This document shows, in pieces, positions 19,468 through 28,197 of a stretch of DNA of 64,000 nucleotides. A program made the position numbers and the translations under genes. Source of the DNA: an uncultured Actinomycetota bacterium. GTDB taxonomy: Bacteria > Actinomycetota > Acidimicrobiia > Acidimicrobiales > SZUA-35. The stretch's first letter is position 1; each line of letters starts with the position of its first letter. Below the pieces are notes generated by a model that did not search any database, was not told the DNA's origin, and saw only the letters and a program-made list of their open reading frames with translations. Location of the stretch: contig CAVTAP010000026.1 of NCBI GenBank assembly GCA_963732695.1, forward strand, positions 268,388 to 332,387, given 5' to 3'.

Positions 19468-20357
19468 GGGTCGCCGCCTTTCACGCCAGCCGTTGCCTGC
19501 CCGACGGCGATCTCGGCCCGGTGCGGACCGGGTGCCTGTGGTGCGGGAGCACCGACGTGCGCCGGGTGGCCGTGGTCCAGGTCGAGCCCGAGGTGGAGCT
19601 GCGCCGGTGCCGGGGCTGTGCCGCCTCCTCGGTGTCGCGCCTGCCCACCCCCGAGGCCCTCGACCACTACTACGGCTCCTACTACGAGGGCGACGCCGAT
19701 CACGCCGTCACCATGGACGACCCCACCCGGCTGGCCGCCCGCATCGCCGGCTACGCCCCGGGCGGGCGGCACCTGCGGGTGCTCGACCTGGGTGGGGGTG
19801 ACGGCACGATTTCGGCCGAGGTGCTTCGGGTCCGCCGCGCCGCCGGCGAGGTGACGGTGGTCGACTACGACCATCGGCGTACGGCCCAGCTGCCGGTCGG
19901 GGTGACGATCGGACACGTGACCGAGCTGGCCGACGTGCCGGCCGATGCCTCGTTCGACCTGGTGTTGGCGAGCGCCGTGCTGGAGCACCTGCCGGAGCCG
20001 GCACCGGTGCTGAAGGGTCTGCTGACCCGGGTGGCGCCGGGCGGCACGTTCTACGCTCGGGCCCCGTTCGTCGAACCGTTCCTGGCCGTCGGCCGCCGGT
20101 TGGGCATGACGATCGACTTCACCTTTCCCGCTCATCTGTCCGACCTGGGCCCGGCCTTCTGGGACGGCCTGGGGGCGTGGGAGCCCGAGGTGAAGCGGTT
20201 CGACGTGCTGGCGTCGCGCCCCTCCCCGGTGGAGACGAGCCTGCGTCAGCGTCCGGCCCGCACTCTGGTGGCGACGGCGGCCAAGGCCCCGTGGCACGTG
20301 GTGAAGGGGTGGCCATTCGTCGGCGGCTGGGAGTGGGCCGCCCGGGCCACCCGCTGA
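19464..20357 (+). CDS. class I SAM-dependent methyltransferase with an N-terminal Cys4 zinc-ribbon
   Basis: 297-aa ORF with CLWCGS...CRGC, then VLDLGGGDGTIS (motif I) and LVLASAVLEHLPEP. Confidence 0.8.
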   Translation: MRVAAFHASRCLPDGDLGPVRTGCLWCGSTDVRRVAVVQVEPEVELRRCRGCAASSVSRLPTPEALDHYYGSYYEGDADHAVTMDDPTRLAARIAGYAPGGRHLRVLDLGGGDGTISAEVLRVRRAAGEVTVVDYDHRRTAQLPVGVTIGHVTELADVPADASFDLVLASAVLEHLPEPAPVLKGLLTRVAPGGTFYARAPFVEPFLAVGRRLGMTIDFTFPAHLSDLGPAFWDGLGAWEPEVKRFDVLASRPSPVETSLRQRPARTLVATAAKAPWHVVKGWPFVGGWEWAARATR

Positions 20358-20369
20358 CCCCCGTTTCAG

Positions 20370-20417
20370 AATCTCCTCATGGGCGGTCTCACCGGTGAGA
20401 CTCCTCATGAGGAGATT
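20370..20417. repeat. intergenic palindromic element, family I copy D (core GTCTCACCGGTGAGAC)
   Basis: AATCTCCTCATGGGCGGTCTCACC|GGTGAGACTCCTCATGAGGAGATT. The 24-nt arms pair 21/24 Watson-Crick plus 2 G-T. It sits between convergent gene ends, and the flippase-like ORF stop (20389) lies inside it. Confidence 0.85.
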
Positions 20418-21705
20418 TCGAAAGCGGCTGCTTGGAGGAACCGCCGGCATACGAGCGGTCCGGGGGCGACTGGCCGGTGAGGGCCACCAGCATCACGGCG
20501 TGGAGGGCGAGGAGGCCGGCGGCGGTGGCCCGCAGGTCGGTGAGGCCGGTGGCCAGGCCGGCGCCGACGGCCACTATGAGCAGGGCCAGCCACCGGGTCA
20601 CGAGGAAGCGGTTGGCCCCCCGGGCCACCAGCAGCACGGTGGCGAAGGAGTCGCCCACCGAGCACACGCCGGCCGCGGCGAACAGGCCGTAGGTGACGGG
20701 GTCGACCCGGCCCCTGATGTCGAACAGGGTGCCGATGAACAGATCGCCGAGCAGGGCGCCGGCCCCGAAGGCGACGGCGGCCACCGACGCCGTGCCGGCC
20801 AGGATGGCCAGGCGGGCCCGGTCGAGCAGATCCTGGCGGCCGGTTTCGACCCACCCGTGGAAGGCGACCCCGGCCCGGGGGGCGCCGGCCTGCAGCACCA
20901 GGTGGGGCAGGCGGATGGCGGTGAGCACCACGAACAGGGTGGACACGGTGCGGGCCGAGCCCCCGTTCACCGCCACGAGGAGGGGCGGGCCGGCCAGGGC
21001 AACGTGGGACAGGAACCCGGCCACCGCCGCCGTGCCCAGCGTCGCCGTCCCGGGGTCGGCGGTGTCTTCGCCCGCTCCGTGGGCCACGGCGGGTGTCGGA
21101 TCGGGGGCCGCGGCCGGGTGGCGAGCGGGGAGCCAGCCGACGGCCAGCACCAGGTAGCTGGCCAGGTGGGCCACGGCGTACCAGCCGACGGTGGCCCCGG
21201 CCGCCACCAGCACGATGGCCAGCACCATGCGGACCACGTTGTCGCCCGCGATCACCAGGGCCAGGAGGCTGTGGCGCCCGGTGGCGGCCAGTTGGCCCCG
21301 CACCACGCCCCCCGCCACCGTGCCCAGCACCACCACCGCCGCCGCCACCGGCCAGAACAGGCTGGCGGTGTGGAACAGGCTCGATCGCACGGCCAGCGTG
21401 ACCAGGCCGGTGCCCACGGTGGAGGCCGCCAGCAGCCCGGCCGGGGCACCCCGCAGGGCGCTCACCAGCCCGATCCGGCGGCCGACGCCGATGCGGATGG
21501 CCCACTGCTGGTAGGCGAAGAGCAGGGTGGCGGCGCTGATCGACCAGATCGTCCACAGCTGGGCCATGGGGGCGAAGGCGTCGAGCCCGACCGCCCGCTC
21601 GCTGATCAGGATGAACGAGGCCCCGGCGACCCCGGTGAGCCCGGAGGCGATCAACAGCTGGAGGTCGGCGGCGAGGCGCCCTCGTCGGCCCATCCGGTCG
21701 ATCAT
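20389..21705 (-). CDS. polytopic membrane protein, oligosaccharide flippase-like (MOP/Wzx-type) candidate
   Basis: I prefer ATG at 21705 (MIDRMGRRG) over the ORF-track start at 21837. About 12-14 hydrophobic spans, positioned at the end of the glycan locus. The family call rests on architecture and context only. Confidence 0.55.
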   Translation of the reverse strand: MIDRMGRRGRLAADLQLLIASGLTGVAGASFILISERAVGLDAFAPMAQLWTIWSISAATLLFAYQQWAIRIGVGRRIGLVSALRGAPAGLLAASTVGTGLVTLAVRSSLFHTASLFWPVAAAVVVLGTVAGGVVRGQLAATGRHSLLALVIAGDNVVRMVLAIVLVAAGATVGWYAVAHLASYLVLAVGWLPARHPAAAPDPTPAVAHGAGEDTADPGTATLGTAAVAGFLSHVALAGPPLLVAVNGGSARTVSTLFVVLTAIRLPHLVLQAGAPRAGVAFHGWVETGRQDLLDRARLAILAGTASVAAVAFGAGALLGDLFIGTLFDIRGRVDPVTYGLFAAAGVCSVGDSFATVLLVARGANRFLVTRWLALLIVAVGAGLATGLTDLRATAAGLLALHAVMLVALTGQSPPDRSYAGGSSKQPLSKSPHEESHR

Positions 21706-21746
21706 ACGGGCTCCGTCACCCCACCCCCGGCCCCAGCGGGCCCCGG

Positions 21747-23270
21747 TTGGCGGCGCCCGGCCGGAAGGGCCAAGCTGGCCGCCGGCAAACGGGGCGGGGA
21801 CAGGGGGGCACGGACGTGACCGAGGCGGAGCACGCACCGGGCGGGACGGCCGCCGCCGGCACCCGGCCCCCGGCCGACGACCAGGTGTCCCGCCTGGCCT
21901 GGTTCACCCTGGCCATCGCCTCGGCCGCCGCCTTCATGGTGGCCCTCGAGGTGACCGTGATCTCGCTCGCCCTGCCCCGGATCGCCGCCGCCTTCCCCTC
22001 GGCCTCGCCCTCCACGCTGTCGTGGGTGTTCAGCGCCTACTCGATCGGGGTGGCGTCGCTGCTGCTGGTGGGCGGCTGGGCCGCCGACCTCTACGGCCGC
22101 AAACGCCTGTTCCTCACCGGCATGACGCTGTTCGCCCTCGGCTCGCTGCTGTCGGGAACGGCCCGCACCATGGAATGGCTGATCGGGGCCCGGGCCCTGC
22201 AATCGGTGGGCGGGGCCATGCTGTTCCCCTCGGGCCTGGCTCTGGTGCTGGCCATCTTCCCGCCGGCCCGGCGCCAGCTGGCCATCGGGATCTGGGCCGC
22301 CACCGGCGGGCTGGCCGGGGCGGTGGGGCCGTCGGCCGGGGCGCTGCTGATCGAGTGGCTGGGGTGGCGGGCCGTGTTCCTGTTCAACGTGCCGGTGGCG
22401 GCCCTGGCCGTGCCGATCGGGTGGCGGGTGCTGGTGGAGAGCCGGGCCGAGGGCGTGGCCCGCAAGGTCGACGTGATCGGGGTGCCGCTGGCTTCGCTCG
22501 GCGTGGGGGCCCTGGTGCTGGCGATCGTGGAAGGCCGGGAGTGGGGGTGGGGATCGCCCCGCATCGTCGGGCTGCTCGTGCTGGCCGTGGCGCTGGTGGC
22601 CGGCTTCGTGGTGCGGTCGAGCCGGCATCCGGCGCCCCTGTTCGACCTCAACCTGTTCCGCATCCGCTCCTACCGGGTGGCCCTGGTGGGGAGCCTGCTG
22701 TTCTCGGCCGGTTTCTTCGGCAGCTGGGTGCTGCTGCCCACCTTCATCCAGGCCTGGTGGCACTGGGGGGTGGTGAAGACGGGGCTGGCCTTCATGCCGG
22801 CGTCGCTGATCTCGGCCGTGCTGTCGGGCCCGATCGGGTCCCGGGTCGACCGGTTCGGCCACCGCCGGGTGGTGGCGGCGGGGGCGGTGTTGGCGGCGGC
22901 CGGAATGGCGTCGTTCGCCCTGTTCATGGACACCGAGCCCCGAGTCCTGCTGGCCGTCGTGCTGCCCAGCGTCCTGCTGGGGCTGGGCATGGCCGTGCTG
23001 TTCGCCATGCTGGTGGGGGCGGCCATGCGAGACGTCCCCATGACCCGCTACGGCACGGCCGGCGCCGCCCGCACCACCGTGTTCCAACTGGGCCAGGCCC
23101 TGGGGGTGGCGATCGGGGTGGCCGTGATCGGCAGCCCGGCCAACGCCACCGCCGCCCTGTCGAGCTACCGCACCAACTGGGTGATCTCCGCCGCCCTGCT
23201 GGCCGCCATCACGCTGGTGTTCCTGGCCCTGTACCCCTCCCACCGCGACGACCGCCCCGCCTCGTCGTAG
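21747..23270 (+). CDS. MFS transporter, DHA2 (EmrB/QacA, 14-TMS) type
   Basis: 507-aa ORF with FMVALEVTVISLALPRIA, GGWAADLYGRKRLFLTGMTLFALGSLL (motif A region) and 14 predicted spans. The start is uncertain (TTG 21747 or in-frame GTG 21816). Confidence 0.85.
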   Translation: MAAPGRKGQAGRRQTGRGQGGTDVTEAEHAPGGTAAAGTRPPADDQVSRLAWFTLAIASAAAFMVALEVTVISLALPRIAAAFPSASPSTLSWVFSAYSIGVASLLLVGGWAADLYGRKRLFLTGMTLFALGSLLSGTARTMEWLIGARALQSVGGAMLFPSGLALVLAIFPPARRQLAIGIWAATGGLAGAVGPSAGALLIEWLGWRAVFLFNVPVAALAVPIGWRVLVESRAEGVARKVDVIGVPLASLGVGALVLAIVEGREWGWGSPRIVGLLVLAVALVAGFVVRSSRHPAPLFDLNLFRIRSYRVALVGSLLFSAGFFGSWVLLPTFIQAWWHWGVVKTGLAFMPASLISAVLSGPIGSRVDRFGHRRVVAAGAVLAAAGMASFALFMDTEPRVLLAVVLPSVLLGLGMAVLFAMLVGAAMRDVPMTRYGTAGAARTTVFQLGQALGVAIGVAVIGSPANATAALSSYRTNWVISAALLAAITLVFLALYPSHRDDRPASS

Positions 23271-23356
23271 CCCTTCGCCCTCGCCCCGACCCTGAACTTC
23301 GGACCGGGGGCGTCGCCCGTGACGGCCGGGGTGAGAAGGTGACCGGGCGGCGGGGG

Positions 23357-24718
23357 TCAGCCCGGGGTGGGGGCGAGGTGGAGGGTGAGGCGGGCGCCGC
23401 CCAGGGGGCTGTCGCCGATGGCGAGGCTCCCGCCGTGGGCCACCGCCACCTGGCGGGCGATGGCCAGGCCGAGGCCCGAGCCGGGGGCCCGCGACCCCCG
23501 CTGGAACCGCTCCACCACCCGGGCCCGGTCGGCGGCCGGTATCCCGGGGCCGTTGTCGTCGACGGTCACCGTCGGCACCCCGGCGGGGTCGGTGTCCAGT
23601 GTGACCGCCAGCCGGGCCGGTTCCCCGGGTTCGGTCGGGCGTCCGTGGACCACGGCGTTGCGGACGAGGTTGGCCACCGCCAGCTGCACCCCGGCGGCCC
23701 ACAGCACGGGCGGGGCGCCCCCTTCTGGATCGGTGGCCCGGATCTCCACCGCCACGTCGGCCCGGCGGGTCTCGGCCGCCACCGCCGCCTCCACCAGGTC
23801 GGCCAGGTCCACCGGGGCGAACCAGCCGGCGTCGGCGAACTCGGCCTCGGCCAGGCTCCGCACCGCGGCCAGGGCGGCGGCCGTCTGCTCCACCGCCGCC
23901 GTGGCCCGCTCGGCCGCCGCCTCCCGCTCGCTCGGAGCCAGCTGGCCCGACGTCACCAGGTTCAGGTTGGTCAGCGCGCTCTGCAGCGGGGCCCGCAGCT
24001 CGTGGGAGGCCGACGAGGCGAAGGCCCGGGCCGACTCCAGCGCCGCCCCCCGCCGATCGGTCTCGTCGGCCAGGCGGCCCAGGCTGTGGTTGAGGGCCGC
24101 CGCCACCTCGTCGACCTCCACCGACCCGTAGGCGCGCCCCACCCGCCACCGGGCCGGGTCGCCGTCGTCGAGGCGGGCGGCGTCGCGCCGCAGGCTGGTG
24201 AGGGGCCTGGCTGCCCGGGCGCCCAGCAGGTAGCCGGCCAGGCCGGCCCCGAGCGCGGTGGTGAGGCCCACCACCAGGGCCCGGCGGCGCAGCCGGCGGG
24301 TGGCGGCCTCGGTGTCGCCCAGGGGGGCGGCCAGCTGGACCAGGGCCTCGTCGCCCACCCGGGGCACGTCCCGAACCTCGATCGTGAGCAGCCGCCAGCG
24401 CTGGCCGTCGGCCACGGCGGTGGTGAGGCCGGGGGCGGTCGGCCCCGGCAGGGGCTCGTCGGGCAGCAGACCCACCTCGGTCAGTTGCCCGTCGGCCAGC
24501 ACCTGCGCCCCCTCCACCGTGCCGTTCAGCTCCGAGGCGGCCAGCCGGTTGGCGATGGCGGCCAGGATGGGCGCCGTCTCGGCCCTCGCCTCCAGCTGAT
24601 CGTCCACCCGGTCGAGCAGGATCCGGCTCGACACCCCCTGGAACACGGCACCGATGGCCAGCAGCGACCCGAAGGCGGCGGCGAAGGCGGCCAGCCCGGT
24701 GCGGGTGGCGAGCCGCAC
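23357..24718 (-). CDS. sensor histidine kinase (TM-sensor-TM, HAMP, HisKA, HATPase_c)
   Basis: 453-aa ORF with H-box SASHELRAPLQSAL, N-box LVRNAVVHG, and G-boxes VDDNGPGIP and GSGLGLAIA. Confidence 0.9.
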   Translation of the reverse strand: MRLATRTGLAAFAAAFGSLLAIGAVFQGVSSRILLDRVDDQLEARAETAPILAAIANRLAASELNGTVEGAQVLADGQLTEVGLLPDEPLPGPTAPGLTTAVADGQRWRLLTIEVRDVPRVGDEALVQLAAPLGDTEAATRRLRRRALVVGLTTALGAGLAGYLLGARAARPLTSLRRDAARLDDGDPARWRVGRAYGSVEVDEVAAALNHSLGRLADETDRRGAALESARAFASSASHELRAPLQSALTNLNLVTSGQLAPSEREAAAERATAAVEQTAAALAAVRSLAEAEFADAGWFAPVDLADLVEAAVAAETRRADVAVEIRATDPEGGAPPVLWAAGVQLAVANLVRNAVVHGRPTEPGEPARLAVTLDTDPAGVPTVTVDDNGPGIPAADRARVVERFQRGSRAPGSGLGLAIARQVAVAHGGSLAIGDSPLGGARLTLHLAPTPG

Positions 24719-24719
24719 C

Positions 24720-25499
24720 TCAGGGCTCCCGCAGCACGAAGCCGACGCCCCGGACGGTCTCGATCAGCCGGGGGGCGGCGCCGGCCGCCTCCAGCTTGCG
24801 CCGCAGATAGCCGACGAACACGTCGACCACGTTGGTGTCGGTGTCGAAGTCGTAGCCCCACACCAGCTCGAGCAGGCGGATACGGCTGAGCACGATGCCG
24901 GCGTTGGTGGCGAACGCCGCCAGCAGGTCGAACTCCCGGCGGGACAGGTCGAGCGGCTGGCCGTCGAACGTGGCCCGGCGCCGGTCGAGGTCGACCCAGA
25001 GGCGGGCCCCCACCGTCACCCGCCCCTGCGGGCGGTCGGGGGCGGGGGCCGGGGCCGCCGTGGCCGCCGCCCGGCGCAGCAGGGCCCGGAGCCGTAGCGA
25101 CAGCTCCTCCAGGTCGAATGGCTTGACCAGGTAGTCGTCGGCTCCGGCCTGGAGCCCGGCCACCCGGTCGCCCACCTGGTCGAGCGCCGACAGGATCAGG
25201 ATCGGCACGTCGACCGACTCGGCCCGGAGCCGCCGGCACAGCTCGATGCCGGAGATGCCGGGCAGGCCGACGTCGGCCACCAGCACCTCGGGCGTGCCGC
25301 CGGGCCCCGAGCCGGCCGAGGTGGTCGCCGCCCGACCGATCAGGGCCAGAGCGGCCTCGGCGTCGCCGACCGACCGGGCCTCGAAGCCGAGCAGGTTGAG
25401 GCCCTGCTCCACCGCCCGGCGCACCTCGTCGTCGTCTTCCACGATCAGCACGCGCCCCTGCCCGCCAGGTGGGCCGGCAGGGGTGGGGACGGACATCAC
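24720..25499 (-). CDS. OmpR/PhoB-family response regulator
   Basis: 259-aa ORF with RVLIVEDDDEVR, VLVADVGLPGISG, ADDYLVKPFDLEEL, and a winged-helix C-terminus (REFDLL...VWGYDFDTDTNVVDVFVGYLRRKL). Confidence 0.9.
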   Translation of the reverse strand: MMSVPTPAGPPGGQGRVLIVEDDDEVRRAVEQGLNLLGFEARSVGDAEAALALIGRAATTSAGSGPGGTPEVLVADVGLPGISGIELCRRLRAESVDVPILILSALDQVGDRVAGLQAGADDYLVKPFDLEELSLRLRALLRRAAATAAPAPAPDRPQGRVTVGARLWVDLDRRRATFDGQPLDLSRREFDLLAAFATNAGIVLSRIRLLELVWGYDFDTDTNVVDVFVGYLRRKLEAAGAAPRLIETVRGVGFVLREP

Positions 25500-25519
25500 G
25501 ACGCGACGGTAGCGACCTG

Positions 25520-25933
25520 CTACTGGTCCTGGTTGAAGTCGGTGTCGAGGTCGTTCAGCACCTGGTCGATTTCGTCGAGCGTGCGTTCCATCTCGGCCAC
25601 CTCGGCCTCGGGCACGGTGTCGAAGGTGGCCCCGGCGGCGGTGGTCGCCGTGGCGCCGGCCGCCGGGGTCGTGGTGGCCGACCCACCCGACGCCGGGGCG
25701 CTGGTCGACGACGCCGACGGGCCCCCGGCGGAGGCCGGGGCGGCCGTGCTGGCCGGAGCGGACGAGCTGCCGCCGGTGTCAGTGGCGCTGTCGTCCTTGC
25801 CGCCGCAGGCGGCGAGGCCGGTGGCCAGCACGAGGGTCAGGGCCAGGCCGCCGACGGTACGGCGGACGGCCGCGGTGGCAGTGCCGGTGGTGGTGCCGGG
25901 AGCCGACGATGCGGGAACCATCGACGCGGCCAT
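25520..25933 (-). CDS. small lipoprotein of unknown function
   Basis: ATG at 25933 overlaps the upstream stop (TGATG). It has a signal peptide with lipobox LATGLAAC, an Ala/Ser/Thr-rich linker, and an acidic helical C-terminus EAEVAEMERTLDEIDQVLNDLDTDFNQDQ. Confidence 0.55.
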   Translation of the reverse strand: MAASMVPASSAPGTTTGTATAAVRRTVGGLALTLVLATGLAACGGKDDSATDTGGSSSAPASTAAPASAGGPSASSTSAPASGGSATTTPAAGATATTAAGATFDTVPEAEVAEMERTLDEIDQVLNDLDTDFNQDQ

Positions 25934-26364
25934 CAGATCTCGACTCCCCAGCTCTCGCACCGGGAGCGGAGGTCGGCCACCAGTGCGGTGCGGTCGTCGA
26001 GGATCTCCCGGGTCTTGGTCCGCACCGTGAGGCGGTTCTCCAGCACCGTGGTCAGCTGGTCGCGGTCGGCGGCCTTGGCCGCGTCGATCTTGGACTGGAG
26101 CCAGGCCAGCGAGCCCCGGACGGTGGCGTCGCCGTCGAGCCGGGTCTTGCGCTCGGTGATGCGGGTCTCGATGTTGGGGATGCGCAGGCAGGCCCGCTCC
26201 ACCCGGGGCCCGACGCCGTCGCCGGGGGTGGCGGCGACTCCGGGGGTGGCGGCGGCTCCAGGGGTGGCAGGGGCGGCCCCGGCCACGGAGGGGACGATGA
26301 GGCTGAGGCCGGCCAGGCTCAGGGCGGCCAGGCCGAGGCGGAGGGTTCGGGTGGGGGATCGCAT
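25933..26364 (-). CDS. small secreted protein of unknown function
   Basis: ATG at 26364 gives MRSPTRTLRLGLAALSLAGLSLIVPSVAGA (signal peptide). This is followed by an ATPG(A/V)A x3 repeat (18-bp DNA repeat at about 26222-26275) and a helical domain with 2 Cys. Confidence 0.5.
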   Translation of the reverse strand: MRSPTRTLRLGLAALSLAGLSLIVPSVAGAAPATPGAAATPGVAATPGDGVGPRVERACLRIPNIETRITERKTRLDGDATVRGSLAWLQSKIDAAKAADRDQLTTVLENRLTVRTKTREILDDRTALVADLRSRCESWGVEI

Positions 26365-26473
26365 CGTGGTCTTGCTCCTGGGCTCGAAAGGTGGGCACCG
26401 GACGCCGGGCGACGGGCGTCCGGTACGTGATTCACCATCGACCCCGCCTCTAAGAAGACTCTGAGGAACTGGC

Positions 26474-26487
26474 GTGACAGTTGTCAC
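26474..26487. promoter_or_regulatory. candidate operator palindrome GTGACA-gt-TGTCAC
   Basis: Perfect 6+6 inverted repeat in the divergent intergenic region, 61 nt upstream of the DUF35 gene ATG (26548). Confidence 0.35.
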
Positions 26488-26547
26488 ACTCGCCCTGTGG
26501 GGTGCTACGGCTGGCGATGCGGCCCCTCCGGTGCGAGAATCGCCCTG

Positions 26548-26949
26548 ATGAGCGACGTCGCACAGCAACTACCCCTGGTGAACTATCTCGTGCTGGGGGA
26601 GACCCCGCACCTCGTCGCCCAGGAGTGCACCTCCTGCGGCGCCCGGTTCTTCGACCGGCGCAACGCCTGTGCCTCGTGCTTCAAGACCGAGTTCCGCACG
26701 GTCGACATCCCCAACGAGGGTGAGCTGCGGGCCTTCACGATCGTGTCCCAGGCCGGACCGGGCATCAAGGTGCCGTTCGTGGCCGCCGTGGTGGACTGCG
26801 GGGGTACCAGCGTGCGGGGCAACATCATCAACACCGAGCCCGACCCCGAGCACGTGACGCTCGGCATGGCCGTGCGGCTCGCCACCTACTCGATGGGCAC
26901 CGACGACAACGGCACCGAAGCCGTCGGCTTCGGCTACGAACCGGCCTGA
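26548..26949 (+). CDS. Zn-ribbon/OB-fold protein (DUF35 family), thiolase partner
   Basis: ATG at 26548. The product has CTSCGARFFDRRNACASC (rubredoxin-like zinc ribbon) followed by an OB fold, and sits immediately upstream of an SCP-x-type thiolase as is usual for DUF35. Confidence 0.85.
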   Translation: MSDVAQQLPLVNYLVLGETPHLVAQECTSCGARFFDRRNACASCFKTEFRTVDIPNEGELRAFTIVSQAGPGIKVPFVAAVVDCGGTSVRGNIINTEPDPEHVTLGMAVRLATYSMGTDDNGTEAVGFGYEPA

Positions 26950-26972
26950 ACAATCGCCAGAAGGAGAATGCC

Positions 26973-28181
26973 ATGAGCGCCAGCGACGAGATCTGGATCC
27001 TCGGGATCAACATGACCAAGTTCGGCAAGCACCCCGACCTCGACACGGTCGACCTCGGGGCGCAGGCCATCATGGCCGCCCTGGCCGACGCCGGGGTCAC
27101 GATGGCCGACATCGGCGTGTTCGCCGCCGGCAACCTGCTGGGCGGGGGTGGGATCGGCCAGCAGCTGCAGAAACAGGTGGGCCAGACCGGCATTCCCGTC
27201 TACAACGTGTCCAACGCCTGCGCCACCGGGGCTACCGCCCTGCGCACGGCGATCATGGCGGTCAAGGCCGGCGAATGCGACATGGGCCTGGCCTGCGGCG
27301 TGGAGAAGCTGGCCGGGGCCGGCCTGCTCGGCGCCGGCGGCGTGCCCCGGTCCGACGCCAAGGTCTACAACCCGTCGGGCCGCTACGGGGCCGTGGCCGG
27401 CATCGACGGCCGCATCGGCACCAACACCATGCCTGGCGTGTTCGCCCAGGTCGGCATGGAGTACGGCCACAAGTACGGAGGCGCCACCTTCGAGCTGTTC
27501 GCCAAGATCAGCGAGAAGAACCACTCGCACTCCACGCTGAACCCGCTGGCCACGTACACCAAGGCCATGTCGGCCGAGCAGATCATGAACGACGTGATGA
27601 TCGCCTACCCCAACACCCGGTCGATGTGCTCGGCCAACTGCGACGGGGCGGCCGCCGCCGTGGTGGTGAGCGGAGAGAAGCTGAAGACGCTGTCGCTGGA
27701 GCAGCAGCGGCGGGCGGTGAAGGTGTCGGCCTCGATCCTCACCTCCGACCCGTGGCAGGAGGCGTGCCAGATCCTGCCCGACGTCAACACGCTCACCAAG
27801 AACGCGGCCAAGCAGGCCTACGAGCAGGCCGGCGTCGGCCCGGAAGACCTCGACCTGGTGGAGCTGCACGACTGCTTCGCCACCGCCGAGCTGGTCCACT
27901 ACGACAACCTCGGTCTGTGCGAGGAGGGTGGCGCGGTCGACTTCTTCGAGTCGGGTGCGCCGTGGCGTGACGGGCGGCTCCCGGTGAACGTGTCGGGCGG
28001 CCTGGAGTCGAAGGGCCACCCGATCTCGGCCACCGGCATCGCCAACATCTGGGAGGTGTGCCAGCACCTGCGCAACGAGTGTGGCGACCGTCAGATCGAG
28101 GGGGCCAAGGTGGGCCTGGCCCATGTGATCGGGCTCGGCTCGGCCTGCGGCATCCACATCCTCGAGAAGTCGGCGGCCTGA
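26973..28181 (+). CDS. thiolase-like protein (SCP-x / lipid-transfer type)
   Basis: 402-aa ORF with NVSNACATGATAL (active-site Cys), VELHDCFA and GLGSACGIHIL near the C-terminus. Confidence 0.9.
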   Translation: MSASDEIWILGINMTKFGKHPDLDTVDLGAQAIMAALADAGVTMADIGVFAAGNLLGGGGIGQQLQKQVGQTGIPVYNVSNACATGATALRTAIMAVKAGECDMGLACGVEKLAGAGLLGAGGVPRSDAKVYNPSGRYGAVAGIDGRIGTNTMPGVFAQVGMEYGHKYGGATFELFAKISEKNHSHSTLNPLATYTKAMSAEQIMNDVMIAYPNTRSMCSANCDGAAAAVVVSGEKLKTLSLEQQRRAVKVSASILTSDPWQEACQILPDVNTLTKNAAKQAYEQAGVGPEDLDLVELHDCFATAELVHYDNLGLCEEGGAVDFFESGAPWRDGRLPVNVSGGLESKGHPISATGIANIWEVCQHLRNECGDRQIEGAKVGLAHVIGLGSACGIHILEKSAA

Positions 28182-28197
28182 TCTCCGCCACCCAACG

